The notes beneath the pieces were generated by a model. It did no database searches. It was not told the origin of the DNA and saw only the letters and a list, made by a program, of their open reading frames with translations. Position numbers and translations under genes: made by a program. Source: Chiloscyllium plagiosum (taxonomy: Eukaryota). From it: 64,000 nt of DNA. Location of the stretch: positions 81,955,549 through 82,019,548 of the forward strand of contig NC_057711.1 of NCBI RefSeq assembly GCF_004010195.1, written 5' to 3'. Positions 25,871 through 40,076 of this stretch are shown here, one piece after another. The stretch's first letter is position 1, and each line of letters starts with the position of its first letter.

Positions 25871-28555
25871 GAAAGAGATTTAAGTTAAGCTTGAAACTAG
25901 GGATTTAAATCTGAAAAATCAAACTACGTTAACAAGTCAGGTGAGTTGGCCAATCACATTAAAATATGATGGTAATTAAACAATAGCAAATGTGTAAATA
26001 ATTAGATTTAACAAATATACATTCCAAGAAGGAATAAAAATAAAAACAGTAAAAATGTAATCATTGCTAATTAAAGCAGTTAAATATAACATTGGATTAA
26101 AGGACCAGAGCATTGGGAGGATTTTAGAATGCATACAGAATGATTAAGAAATGACTAAAGAAAGAGAAGGTAGAGTAAATAAACATAACATAAAACTAGA
26201 TTGTGAAAGTTTCTATATATGTGTAGAAAGGAAGAGATCAATAAATATGGTAATATTAGACAGTAGAAATTACAATGAAATTACAATAAAGAAATGAAAC
26301 AGACACTGAGCAAATTCTTCATATCTGCTTTCATCATGTAAGACACAAAAGACAGCCCAGATATAAATGGCAAGCCAAGAGTCCAGAGAATGAAAACTTT
26401 AAAGGAATTAGAACAAGTAGTAGTACTGCAGGAAGCAATGGTACTGGAATCAAACAAATCCAGTACCTTGGATGTTAAGTGTGTCTTCCACTTTGAAGCT
26501 TTCAAAATATTTTCTAAAAGCTATGGCCTTGAGCATGTTGGATTCTAGCATATCTGCCATTACCTCGGGCACATTATCTTGCGTGATCACAAACCTCTCA
26601 GCTCATTATCTGCAAAAGCATGATGTTGCATCAGCTACACAACAAATCATGCAGCAAATGAACCACAAGTTCACAGGAATGATGGCACCTTCGGCAATCA
26701 AAGGTTCTGACGAAGGTTCTGACACCATACTAAAAGGCCAGCTTGATTTAATGTTTGGTGCTGCAAATTAGGAATTTCCCCTTGTCCTACAGAAGCCCAG
26801 AAATGTCAGCCTAAATGCTATGATGGCTCCCTGTTTTACTTATGCTGCGCTTAGAATGATGCTCACTGAGATTTTTGACAGAAGGAACAGTCTCTTCCAA
26901 GAACACTGGATCAGAAGGCCATCCCACTTGCTTTTGTTTTAAAATTACTCAATGTCCCACTTCCGCCACACTTTGGGAAGAGAATTGTTAACAGATAATT
27001 GAAACTCCTCAGATAAAGATGTGGTCATTCTTATCTTAAATGGAAACCTTCTAACTATGCCACCTAGTTTCGGTTTTTCCAACAAGGGGGAAAACCTTGT
27101 CAAGCGCTCTCAGGATCTGAAACGTTTCAATAAAATCACTGCTTATTCTTCTGAACTCAACCTGACCAACCTTTCTTTATGTGAAAACTCCCACTTCTTA
27201 GGTATCAGTCAAATAAACCTTCTCTGGGCTGCTTACAAGGCATTTATATATTTTCTTAATTGAGAAGATCAAAACTCAACACAATATTCCAGATGTGATC
27301 CCACCTAACACGTGTGTCTCTATAGCAAAATATCCCTACTTTTGTATTCCATTGCCATTGAAAGAACAATATTCAGTTTGACTTCCTAAGCATTGCTCTA
27401 CCACTAGTATTGTGTTTCATGCACCAAGATGTTCAAATATCAATAACTGGGGGCACAGATTTAAGATAAGGAACAGGAGGTTTTGTGAAGATTTGAGGAA
27501 TTCTTTTCACTCAGAGGACAGTGGGTTTCTGGAACTCACTATCTAAAGGGTGATAGAAGCAGGAACATTTAAGTATTGAGATGAGTACTTCAAACACCAT
27601 AGCAAAAACGGGCTACAGGCCAAACGCTGGAAAATGGGATCAGAAAAGATAGATATTTGATAATTGCACAGACACATGATCTGCAATATTATCAGACGCT
27701 AAAGGAATGTAGGGATCTAGGGATAGGGCAAAAAAGTGATTTTGATGATGAGCCACAAAGTTATTAAGCGGCACAGATGGCATAAGGCCATGTGGACTAC
27801 TGCTGGTATGACTTAAGATTAACACATTTGAACTTGTCTTCGATTGCAAGGAGAGTTTTCCAAACAGCCTAACTAAAATGTTATTGTGCTAGTTTATTAA
27901 GAATTGAAGTAGAAGTTAATAAATTAAGACACGAACATGGAAAATAAACCATATTAGGCAGTTAGGCAGTCGGGCTAAGTGGGTTCAAGATTATAGGCCC
28001 GTTGGCCACTTGTTTGACATATACCTGAGTGGAAGAGGAAATGGGCTCTCTCTAAAAGAGATGCAATAGGACTCTCTCCAGCCCCCAGCTAGTTGTCAAG
28101 ACTCTATTTTCCTTCACAAGACTTAGCTCTGTGTCACTAGGTTAATAATTTAAAGTTTCTTAACTAATAATCCCAATGGAATATGAATTTAAACCCACCA
28201 TGGCAGATTGAGAAGTTGAACTCAGTTTAAAAGTAAATGGTGCTTAATTAATTCCCTGAAAGTAAACTAGTTCCACTGGCACATATTTGAAGACAGTCAA
28301 TTGCATCAAATTTAGAGAAGCTGGGCTAATTCCATTGAAGCTCATATTCTGAGAATGAAAAAGAATTAAATTATTTGAGGAGGCAGGCAGGTCACAGTAA
28401 ATCTTTGTTCTATAATGCGTTCAACTTGTTATAATTATTGGCCTTATGCTGTCCCTAGAAGTGCCTTTGTTGCATGGGAATGCAATGAACCATGTTCTGA
28501 AAAGATGACGTACATTTGATAAAATGTGCAACCTAAATTTTAAACAATAACTTAC

Positions 28556-28654
28556 ATAGTATTGAAAACATTGGCTGGATAGTTCCTCGGAGCTGCTCCC
28601 TCTCCGCCGTACTTCTGGAGAAGTTACGGCAGCCTGTTTGCACGTAAACACTGG
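28556..28654 (-). CDS. Candidate alternative FRMD3 exon (99 nt, phase 0/0)
   Basis: ttttccctttactcctaatcccag|CCA GTG...TAC TAT|gtaagt. 33 open codons (PVFTCKQAAVTSPEVRRRGSSSEELSSQCFQYY). Lies in a phase-0 intron and retains CpGs. No transcript evidence is available. Confidence 0.35.
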
Positions 28655-29925
28655 CTGGGATTAGGAGTAAAGGGAAAATGGGTTATGGATGGGAGAGTAC
28701 ACTGACTTTTAGTTTGGAGTGGATTTAATGACACTGAGTGACCAAGTTAGTTATTGATTAAACATTATTAGTTAATTCATTCTGATATTTGTCTATGATT
28801 TAAATGTCAGGGTAAAAGAATTTAAGGATGGAAACAAGTTTCCAATAGTTATAAAGCAGATCCAAGTGGGGAGTATAATAATCCTAAGGATTCACACAAA
28901 ATCTGTATATGTCTGACAACCATTCTTAAAATAGCAATAAGTATGATGTGACATCAAATGTGAACAAACACAAGGAACAAAAACTTTATTAAAATATTTG
29001 TCAAAACTGTTAGGGATGGGAAAACCAGTAGAGGTTTTACAATGTGGTCAAGTAGACAAGATTCATAGCATGTCACATGTTTGCATGCAAACTAAAATGG
29101 CTCTATAAAAACAAAATATAAAGTGGTTCTGGTCTCCATTGCAGATTGATTGCCAAAAATTACTTTATGGATCACTGGTTACGTTACTCATTGTGTGAAA
29201 AAATGGATGTAGGGTCCGATGTTCGTATATTTCAATAACCTCCAGTTCAAAAATAGGCAGATATGGAGATGTGCTTGAAAGTTCCAATAGATGGAACTTT
29301 CACCAAGGGGCAACTAAATATTCCCTCTGATTTTTGTTTCTTAGACAGGACAATGTCAGAAAGCTGTTGAAAATTAGACCCGATGAATTCAGTGTTGTGA
29401 CCTGGTAATTACAATTATAAGGTTAGAATGGCGATTAGAATGACAATGGAAAGATTTTTTAATAGAGAAGACATAATTGTAATGAATGGTGGACACTATA
29501 ATTAACAGAAAAGGCAAAGCTGAGGTAAATGCTTATTGGATATGTGCAAAATGCCTTAGAAGTTCAATAAAGATAAGATAATGCTATTTGTAATGGTAGC
29601 AAATTTCTTGCAAATGTAAATGGTGTGAATAGATTCTAAATCAATAGGTTTTGATAACAATGAACAAGATAGCATTAAATGTTAAACCAGTCAATATAAA
29701 CAGGTACATTGCAATAAACAATTCACATCTTTATTTTATCAGCAGCCTAACATTATCTAGATAAATTACTGAGCTTCTCGAAGGTTGAAATTTCATGCTG
29801 TGTTCTCAAAATGATCTGACAACCTGAGCTTTTGAAGCAGTGTAAAATAAATTTTAAAATCAATTGAAACTATAAATACCTATCTTAAAATTGAAGTTCA
29901 TTTGAATACATTAATATCCAATTAT

Positions 29926-31830
29926 TAGAACACAGAACATAGAACATCACAGCATAGTACAGGCCCTTTGGCCCTCAATGTTGCGCCGATCTGAAGCCTA
30001 ACTATCCTACACTATTAAATTTTCATCCACATTTTTATCCAATGACTATTTGAATGCCCTTAAACTTGGCGAGTCTACTACTGTTGCAGGCTGTGCCTTC
30101 CATGCCCCTACTACTCTGAGTAAAAAAACTACCTCTGACATCTGTCCTATACCTATCATCCCTCAATTTATAACAATGTCCCCTTGTGCTAGCCATCACC
30201 GCCTGAGGAAAAAGGCTGTCACTGTCTACCCTATCTAACCCTCTGATTATCTTATATGTCTCAATTAAGTCACCTCTCAACCTTCTTCTCTCTAACGAAA
30301 ACAGCCTCATGTCCCTCAGCCTTTCCTCATAAGACCAGGCAATAGCCCAGTAAATCTCCTCTGAGCCCCTTCCAAAGCTTCCACATCCAATCTATAATGC
30401 AGTGAACAGAACTATACACAATACTCCAAATATGGCCGCAGCAGAGTTTTGTACAACTGCAGCATGACCTCGCAGCTTTGAAATTCAATTCCTCTACCAA
30501 TAAAAGCTAACACACCGTATGCCCTCTTAACAACACTATCAATCTGCATGACAACTTTCAGGGACATGGACACAGAGATCTCTCTGCTCTTCTACACGAC
30601 CAAAATTCTTACCATTAACCCAGTATTCTTTATTCCTGTTACTCCTTCCAAAGTGAATCACCATACACTTTTACTCATTAAACTTCATTTGCCACCTCTC
30701 AGCCGAGCTCTGCAATGTATCTTTGTCCCTCTGTAATCTGCAACATCCTTCAGCACTATCCACAACTCCATCAATCTTAGTGTCATCTGCAAATTTACTA
30801 ACCCATCATTCCAGGCCCTCATCTAGGTCATTTATAAAAATGACAAACAGCAGTGGCCCCAAAATAGATTCTTGCAGTACACCACTGGTAACTGAACTCC
30901 AGCATGAATATTTCCCATCAACTGCCACGCTCTTGTCTTCTTCCAGCTAGCCAATTTCTGATCCAAACCATTAAATCATCCTCAATCACATGCCTCTGTA
31001 TTTTGTGCAGTAGCCTACCGTGGGAAAACTTATCAAATGCCTTACTGAAATCCATATACACCACATCAATCACTTTACTCTCATCCACCTGTTTGAAGAC
31101 CATCTCAAAGAACTCAATAGGTTTGTGAGGCATGACCTACTCTTCACAAAGCTGTGTTGACTATCCTTAATCAACTTATTCCTTTCTAGATGATTATAAA
31201 TCCTATCTCGTATAACATTTTCCAACACTTTACCCACAACCAAAATAAGGCTCACTGGCCTATAATTACCAGGGTTGTTTCTACTCATTTTTTTGAACAA
31301 GGGGGCACCATTTGCAATCCTCCAGTCGTTTGGCAATATTCCTGTAGACAATGCCGACATAAAGATCAAAGCAAAAGACTATGCAATCTCCTCCTTGGCT
31401 TCCCAGAGGCTAAATCCCATCCAGCCCAGGGGTCTTATTTATTTTCACACTCTCCAGAATTGCTAACACCTCCGCCTTGTGAACTTCAATCTTGTCTCGT
31501 CTTGTAGCCTATATCTCAGTAATCTCCTTGATAACACTGTCTTTTTAGAGTGAATTCTGAGGAAAAATATTCATTTAGTGCTTTCCCTATTTCCCCAGAC
31601 TCCATGCACAATGACTGGGATCCAGGTTTGATTCCAATCTTAGGTGACTGTCTGTGTGGAGTTTACATGTTCTCCATGTATCTGCATGGGTTTCTGCCGG
31701 GGGCTCTGGTTTCCTCCCACTGTTCAAAGATGTACAGGTTAGGTGGATTGGCCATGGTAAATGTGGGATTACTTCCCACTACTATCCTAGGTTGATCATA
31801 ATCTTTCTTTCGTCATTCTTTTATTCTTGA
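29926..31830 (-). mobile_element. CR1 LINE, 5'-truncated
   Basis: (agaacat)n tail; LFSLERRRLRGDLIETYKIIRGLDRVD; YMDFSKAFDK; NYRPVSL. Confidence 0.92.
31607..31772 (+). repeat. Exact inverted copy of SINE segment 32686-32851, inserted into CR1
   Basis: 166 bp that read as the identical reverse complement. The ORF track gives identical peptides at both sites. Confidence 0.9.
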
Positions 31831-32599
31831 TATGTAGCTATGATTCACTTCCCTTTCATGTATCACATTTACTAATGCTCACTAATGTTGATACAATCCA
31901 AACTATTATGAAGTTAAGTTAATGGTCAAAGAAATTTCTCTGCACTGTCAAATTTTGTTGTTAATATTTAGCAAAATTCAGTTCGCATATGACATCAGCT
32001 TTATTTATATTTAACTTAATCATTGATGTTTAATTTTGAACACAGCAAATGTCTTTTCCACTACTCTGGTGATGTGGTTTCTGGGTAAAACACCACTGCC
32101 AGTATGATTTAGTCAGATTGTTCTCTTTAAGACTAATATGTACCATAAGACTGTTGAGATAAATATCTTGAAATTTATTGACAACATTAACTATTACACT
32201 GTTAATAACACCTAAGACTTACACATAATCTGCATGCAATTATACAATAACTCCAAGAAGACGACTGCTTCTGAAGATGTCCTCTGTTATAGATCATCAT
32301 ATGTTGTGATGCCATCTAACTATCTTAAAGCTACACTGTGTGTCTTGTTCTGGGGTCTATGCAATAATACAACAACATCTGGCAAGTAGAATTTCTTTTT
32401 TCTAAATATATCTGCAGCAAATGGAACAGAACAGAACAGAAGCAATAAACAAGGGAAAAATAGCAGCTGCAACCTGCAAGGATTTCTACCACCTCTATTC
32501 CTGACTCTAATGATTTTCCAAAGCATTGAACAATGAACAGGTTAATTTGCTACTCATTAAGCAGGCAGTTTGCAGACACTTTAGAAGCTGAGAATCTCT

Positions 32600-32887
32600 A
32601 CCGCAGGGAAAGAGGCCGTTCTGCCACTATGTCAGCACTGACCCTCCAAACAGCATCCACCCAGACACAGCCCCCACCCTGTACTGTAATCCCACATTTA
32701 CCATGGCCAATCCACCTAACCTGTACATCTTTGAACAGTGGGAGGAAACCAGAGCCCCCGGCAGAAACCCATGCAGATACATGGAGAACATGTAAACTCC
32801 ACACAGACAGTCACCTAAGATTGGAATCAAACCTGGATCCCAGTCATTGTGAGGCAGCAGTGCTAACCACTGTGCTACCATGCCACC
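32600..32887 (-). mobile_element. tRNA-derived V-SINE
   Basis: Reverse-complement tRNA head and V-domain. Confidence 0.88.
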
Positions 32888-34204
32888 CTTATTTTTGAAC
32901 TAGACATTAGGGAACTGGAAAAGAGCTCACCTTCTGACCTCCCAAGATTTTCATGGAGTTTGGCAATCATTAGGAGATCTTTGAAGATAATGAGCAGCAA
33001 CTTGGCAGATTCAGCAAGACTGGAACAGTTCCATTAAGTGTAAAAAGTGGTAATGTCGACAAAAAAGTCCTCAGAAGTAGCAAAAGTTTAGTCACCAATC
33101 TTTTCCCTCTTATCACAAATTTCTGTCCTCCTTTTATCCTGAACATGAAGATCCCCTCATTTGTTAATGCCATGCACAGACAGCAGCCACAGCAATGGTT
33201 GTCAATTCAGGCTAGAACATGACAGCAATTTAAAAAGCACCTTCACCACTAAGGGAGAATTAAAGATAAACCTCCATCACTTCAGAAAATTCTATGATAT
33301 CAAAGGCTTATTTGTATACATCATCGACCTAACCAATGGAATCATAGAAACAAAATACAACAGAAGCTGGAAATAGAAAACAAAAACTGCTGCAAATATT
33401 CTTCAAGTGCAACAGCATCTGCTAAGAGAGTAAAACAGATTTAATGTTTCAGGTCAATTGCCATGCATCTAAATGCAGAGATTGTTGGGTTGGATCTTAA
33501 TGTTTTTGGCCAACAGTCAGCTTCATTGAGTTTCAGAGGGATTCTCTCCTCTCCATGAAACCAGCAAGATCTCTTGCCGTATTTTACTGAATTTGCCTCA
33601 TTAATTATCCACTCCACCCACACCTTCTCACCCAATTCTAGACCCATCCTACCACTCACCATTCCAGAAACAACTTTCCATTCACCATATATATCCATGA
33701 CAGGACCAGCATAACTGGAACCCATACTATATTTAGATGCTTGCTGCGTACAAAACGAGCACTGGCATTTTGAAATTGGGGCAGTCTTTCCAAAGAAGCC
33801 TGTGAAGGGTAAAATTGCAACATGATTTACTGACAGGCACTTGGAGGTCCTGATGGACAAGGCGGTCCAGAGGAGGAATGGCAAGGAGACCACATAAGGA
33901 GATCCTGGCAATTTGCTCCAAGGTTGTCACTCAGGTCCAGTGCCATATGCATGGTCCAGAACAACAGCCAGCAGTGCTGCAATATGTTTTCCACTGCACG
34001 AGGTTAAGTGTACATTCTCCTGTCAGCTACCTCACGCTCATTCTCTCTGCTCTAGTGCACTTACCATCCATCAAGGCTCACATCCTGCCACTCTCACTAC
34101 TGCACACAACATCTTCCCTCACTCAATCTCATTCCCCCACAACTACCCACATCACTAACCCTGAATTCACTCTAAATTGCATACTCATCACTTCAGCATA
34201 TCTC

Positions 34205-34585
34205 ACCCGGACAATCACAAAGGCCAACCTCCCATCTATAGAATCAATCTACCAGGCCCGCGGTCACAGAAAGGCCGCCAGCATTCTCAAAGATCCATCT
34301 CACCCTGGCAATGTTTTTCTACAACCTCTACCATCGAGGAGAAAGTTCAGAAGCCTGAACACAAACACCAGCCAGTTTCATAACAGTTCCTACCCTACTG
34401 CTGTTAGAATACTGAAAGGACTCACAAACTCTTAACATTCGTCTGTACCTGTGTTTTTGTTTTTACCGCTGTTTACCTATTACTTACTATCCCTGCTATT
34501 TAACTATGTGATCTGCATGTAATGCTCGTAAGACAAAGATTTTCACTGTGCCTTGGCACACGTGGCAATAAATTCAATTCAATTT
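34205..34585 (+). mobile_element. Rex1/Babar-like LINE 3' end
   Basis: LPSIESIYQARGHRKAASILKDPSHPG...LPSRRKFRSL...SSYPTAVRIL, followed by an aataaa(ttcaa)n tail. Confidence 0.8.
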
Positions 34586-34931
34586 TGACTACCTGTAACA
34601 GCACGAATAGCCATGGCACCCACATCTCTCTATCACCCACTCACTCTATCCTACCTGCTCTCTCACTCCAGGAGAAAACAGCCCATAACAGACGCTAAAC
34701 GTCAGGGTAGGTGCAGGGGAGCCTGACATCAGGCATCTCACCTACTATGAGGACAAAATCCCAGTTCACATCAGTGAAGGTAATGGATCACTCCTTGTAA
34801 TGTTAAAATATCGATGTCCTGCCAACTGAGTAAGTACCACTTTTCACTGCACCGGGTCTCTCAAAGCAACCCAGCTGTTAGTGTCATTCATAACACACTG
34901 ATTCTAACAATTGGCTGTGACGCCTTCTCTT

Positions 34932-35250
34932 TAGATTAGATTACTTACAGTGTGGAAACAGGCCCTTCAGCCCAACAAGTCCATACCAACCCGCCGAAGC
35001 GCAACCCACCCAGACCCATTCCCCTACATTTACCCCTTCACCTAACACTACAGCCAATTTGGCATGGCCAATTCACCTAACCTGCACATTTTTGGACTGT
35101 GGGAGGAAACCGGACCACCCGGAGGAAATGCACGCAGACAGGGGGAGAATGTGCAAACTCCACACAGTCAGTCAGTCGCCTGAGGTGGGAATTGAACCCA
35201 GGTCTCTGGTGCTGTGAGGCAGCAGTGCTAACCACTGTGCCACCATGCCA
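34932..35250 (-). mobile_element. tRNA-derived V-SINE (HE1-like)
   Basis: Reverse complement of the 55574 family, including the (TAATC)n tail. Confidence 0.9.
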
Positions 35251-35849
35251 CCTTTCTTGTGACTTGGAGTAAGACCACACAGAGAAATGGCCTGTTCTGC
35301 TGGAAGGCACCTCCTCGACGTCCAAGGAAGAGGATTCAGAGAAATGAGAGGAAGCATCAGCAAAAGTGCCTCTGACATACCCCACAAGCTCAGATACAGA
35401 CAACTCAGTGGAAACATCAGGTTTAGAACATATAGAACAAAAACTGGTGAGAACCTCACTGCAGTCACTCTGCAGCTGGCTGAGAAAGAAATGCACCTGA
35501 CCTCTGACATGTAGAGGCTGCCAAAGGCCAGGCACATGGTCAGCCCAGGCAGGAGGGGATCCTGTGGTGTCAGAAATCAGGGACTTTGTCCAAATGCACG
35601 GGAGGAAGAGATGCAGCAATCAGAAACGCAGGACACAACTGTGCAGTATGCTTTTGACCGAAGCTGGGGACCATGGATCGATGTCTACTGTTGAGAGCAT
35701 GCTGTGGCATATGTAAACAATGTGAATAAATATTAGAAAGGGCAACGGGTTCTGTTTGCACATTGTCCCTCTTGATCAAACAACCCTATTCTTTCCCTGG
35801 CCTCTTTGTGAAAAACTTGGTGTTAAATAAAGTGGTTAGCAATATGTGG

Positions 35850-36500
35850 GGCAGGGAGGTGTACAGCACCACCAGGGATTTATTTCCCTCCCCACCCCTA
35901 TCAACGTTCCGAAAAGACCATTCCCTGCGTGACTCCCTTCGTCAGGTCCACACCCCCCACCAATCTACACCCCACTCCTGGCACCTTTCCCTGCCACTTC
36001 AGGAAGTGCAAAACCTGCACCCGCACCACTCCTCTCACCTCAATCCAACACCCCAAGGGATCCTTCCACATTCATCAGAAATTTACCTGTACCTCTACCA
36101 ATGTCATCTACTGCACCTGTTACACCTGGTGTGGTCTCTTCTACATCGGGGAGACAGGACGCCTTCTTGCGGATCATTACAGAAAAAATCTCTGGGACAC
36201 CCGCACCCACCAACCCCACCACCCCATGGGTGAACACTTCAACTCCCCTTCCCACTCTGTCAAGTATATGCAGGTCGTGGTCCTCCTCCACCACCAAACC
36301 ACTACCTGATGCCCCAACCCCCCCCCCCCCCCCCCCCCATTTATCTTTCAGACCTGACACACAAGCCTCATCCCTGGTGGAGGGCTTATGCCTAAAATGT
36401 CAAATCTCCTGCTCCTTGGATGCTGCCTGACCTGCTGTGCTTTTCCAGCACCACACACTTTGACTCTGATCTCCAGCATCTGCAGTCCCCATTTTCTCCT
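35850..36500 (+). mobile_element. Penelope-like element 3' fragment (GIY-YIG)
   Basis: CRKCKTC...FTCTSTNVIYC..C..CGLFYIGETGR; degenerate hammerhead at about 36372. Confidence 0.85.
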
Positions 36501-38619
36501 TGCACACAGTGAGACATTGCTTTGGGATGGGTAGGAATTAGAGAGCCACAGGTCTATATCCTGTACTGAGCTTAGGTCTGAGTATAAATTTCTTGCCCTC
36601 TAAAGGGCATCACATTGACAGGCCTTGCATCGCCTCATTTGCAAGTTGAGACACACATTCACCTCGGCTGTGGTCACAGTCATTTTCTTTCCCATTTGTA
36701 CTTTTGATTTGCAGCATGATGGAAGGTGACAGTAAATTCATTTTGGACATAGTTTCTAGTTTCCACCTCTAAGTATTAGTGAGGCTTCATACATCCAGAT
36801 CACCTTCTTGGTAGCCTTCCTATTAACTTCTCAGACTTTACTCAATCCCAGGTCCCTTCAAGTGTGGTCATACACTGATCCCCTCCTTGAAGCTAGCGTG
36901 CTCCTAACCACAGACAAACACCCTCCTTCTTTACGCCATTCCAATTCATGCTTTAGCATGGCACACCTTCAGAATCATCACCACACCTTTCTCCACAGCC
37001 TGGAGCTCCCAATCCCCACACACAGGTTCCAGCAGAACCCCTTGCTCTCAGTCCCAACAGACCAGCTGTGCATCTTGACAGACATAGCTGGACAACCCTG
37101 GACAAGGCGTGTTCAGAACCCTGACAGTTGGATTTCTCTCTGACAACTTTAGCTCCTCAACCTTCCCTCCTCATCAGATTGGCTGCAACAGCCCACTTTC
37201 TGGATACAGAGGTTCTCCAAACAGAGAACACAAACTGGAAACCTGAACATGGTCAATCCTCTGGACATTGCCCTTGGCTTTCTATGTTGGGAATCCTGAC
37301 AGACAAGTGCCTCCATGGATTTCAGTAAGGAGAAATTCTTATGACATGGCTGCCTGCTTGCTGCACATGCACTGTGTTTGCCACGTCAGCTGCTCACACA
37401 TGGAGCAGGTGTGAAATTTACATCGTACACTGTCATATAGCAAGATGTAAGCTTCCTTGACTGAGAAAACTGACTGTCATAGGAAGATGCCTGGGTGCAA
37501 CATTGTTAATAAGCACTATAAGCAAGGTAAAGCAGGAATTCTGCAAGCATGCAGTTACATCCTAAACGAGGCGAGTTCTAGGACAGTAAGCAAGCAGTCC
37601 TGAAATGTGGCCTCGTCTAATCCATGAGCTGGCACCCTGTCCCCGTTGCCAAAGTGTCACTGCAACAGCCTTTTAATGCAAGCTGCCAGTGCAGCTCTCA
37701 ATTTCCTTAGCATTTTGCAAGTGGATTGGAGATGTGCCATGAGGATTCTAAGAAGCTGGCAATTACTAGATGCTACTATCCCTGGACGAGAAATGTGTGC
37801 AGCTGGTGCCTGGAGATTGTGTCCAGAGATGCTGTCGCCAGGTTACAAGGAATCTCCTCAATCAGGGGATGAACTGAAGCAAAGTACCCACTCTGACTTC
37901 CATTTCAAACATTCTCAGTGACTAGTTTGCTTGTTTTGGGTGGTAGGATAAAAAGCAGCATATTAATAAGGTGAGATGTACAATTAATAAAGTCATTAAC
38001 AAGCAATAACCCTTGTTAATAGGCAACTTGCTGCTGCCTACTATGAATCTTTACTTGACCCCAAGATGTTAGTAAAAAGATGCAATGAGATGCTCCCAAT
38101 GTCGAGATAGACCTCATCAGATCTCTTACACAATTCTGCCATGTTTCTTTCCACAGACCATGTCATTCAGCACCCTAAAAGATTTTGCCCATTAACTATC
38201 TCTTTCTCCACAGACCCTGCCTGACCTGCTGAGCATTTCCAGCATTTTTGTGAATAATAAGAATTTGACTTATGTATTCTATTTTAAGTCTGCGAAGTAT
38301 GACTACAGCAGCTATAATCAGTCATTTAGTGAGCCAATTTGTTTAATAATTTGTTTTGAAATACCAAAAGCATTTTAAAAATATAAAAGACTTTCTCATG
38401 AGGACAAAAATGATCTTAGCAGGGATAATTTGTACAATTACATTGAGATAACTTTCCAGCAATACTTGATTTACGAGAGTAAATTACTAAACTAAAAGCA
38501 GTAATAATTCATAGTTAAAGAAGAAATCAAATTAACGCAGATATTGGAATTCAATAGTGGCTCAGTTTTATTTGAAGACGACAAGACGACTGAAATTTTA
38601 AGTGAGACATGTCATATTA

Positions 38620-39495
38620 GAGTTGGAGGATTATACCCATGGACCAACCAGATATCCCAATCTGACGTAGGTCCATTTGCCAGCATTTGCCCATATTCCT
38701 CTAATTCCTTCCTCTTCATAGATCCATCCAGATACCTTTTTAAATGTTGTAATTGTACCCACCTCCACCACTTCCTGTGGCAGTTCGTTCTGTTACGCAC
38801 TACCCTCTGCGTGAAAAAGTTACCCCTCAGGTGTTTTTAAATCTTACCCCTCTAACCTTATACCTATGTCCTCTAGTTTTGGACTCCCACCCTAGAAAAA
38901 AGATCTTTGCTATTCACCCTATTCATGCCCCTCACGACTTTATAAACCTCTATAAGATGATCTCTCAGCCTCCGATGCTCTGCAAAAAAGCCCCAGCCTA
39001 TTCAGTCTCTCCTTATAACTGAAATCCTCCATTCCCAGCAATATCCTTGCAAATATTTTCTGTACCCTTGCGTATTCTGGAAGTGGCTTCCCAATGTCCT
39101 GTACAGCCGCAACATAATAGCCCAATTCTGATACTCAATGTTCTGACCGATGAAGGCAAGCACTCCAAACGCCTTCTTCACCACCCTGTCTACTGCGACT
39201 CCACTTTTAAGGAACTTAGCACCTGCACCCTTTGGTCTCTTTGTTTGGCAACACTCACCAAGGCCTTACCATTAACTATATAAGTCCTACCCTGGTTGTC
39301 TCACTAAAATGTAACACCTCACATTTATCTGAACTCCATCTGCCACTCCTTGGACCATTGACCCATCTGATCAAGGTTCCATTGTACTCTAAGATAATCT
39401 TCACTGTCCACTGCACCACCTATTTTGGTGTCATCTGCAAACCTACTGACTATGTCTCCTATATTCACATCCAAATCATTTATATAAATGACAAA
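38620..39495 (-). mobile_element. CR1 LINE 3' fragment
   Basis: KFADDTK, VKKAFGVLAFIGQNIEY and SYKERLNRLGLF motifs. Confidence 0.88.
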
Positions 39496-39662
39496 AATAG
39501 AATGGATTCTGATATAATGTTAATGTTAGGCTATCTTACACTTGCATGCTTTCCTTTATTTCAGATTTTCAGTATTTGTCCAGTTTTTCCTTTTATTTCT
39601 ATTTTGATAATGTTTTCACGATATATGTCTTGATACTAAAAGGAAATCAAAAGTGAAATCTA

Positions 39663-39833
<171 letters not shown>

Positions 39834-40076
39834 TCAAAAACCATTCATGTGGATTAACTGAAAAAGAGCTAAGGGTCATTGAAATTAAAATCTCATCTCG
39901 AAGAAGAAGCAAACAAAGAAAAAGCTGAAACCAAAAACCGCAATCGCTGGAGAAACTCAATAGAACTTGTAGTATTTGTGAAAGAGAAAGCAGAGTTCTG
40001 AAGAAGTGTCACTGCACTCAAAATGTTAACTCTGCTTTGTCTCCACAAATTCTGGCAAATTCTAAAAAAAATACAC

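Larger units (their letters stand above)
33810..35600 (+). pseudogene. Decayed Harbinger Myb/SANT-like partner gene, interrupted by a Rex-like LINE and a SINE
   Basis: FTDRHLEVLMDKAVQRR...QQC...gtt at about 33820-34010, then cag|EKTAHNRR...PDIRHLTYYED at about 34672-34760. Confidence 0.55.

Noticed and set aside
29150..29700. Possible decayed DNA transposase (WLRYS-like fragment)
   Set aside because: Too degenerate to support.
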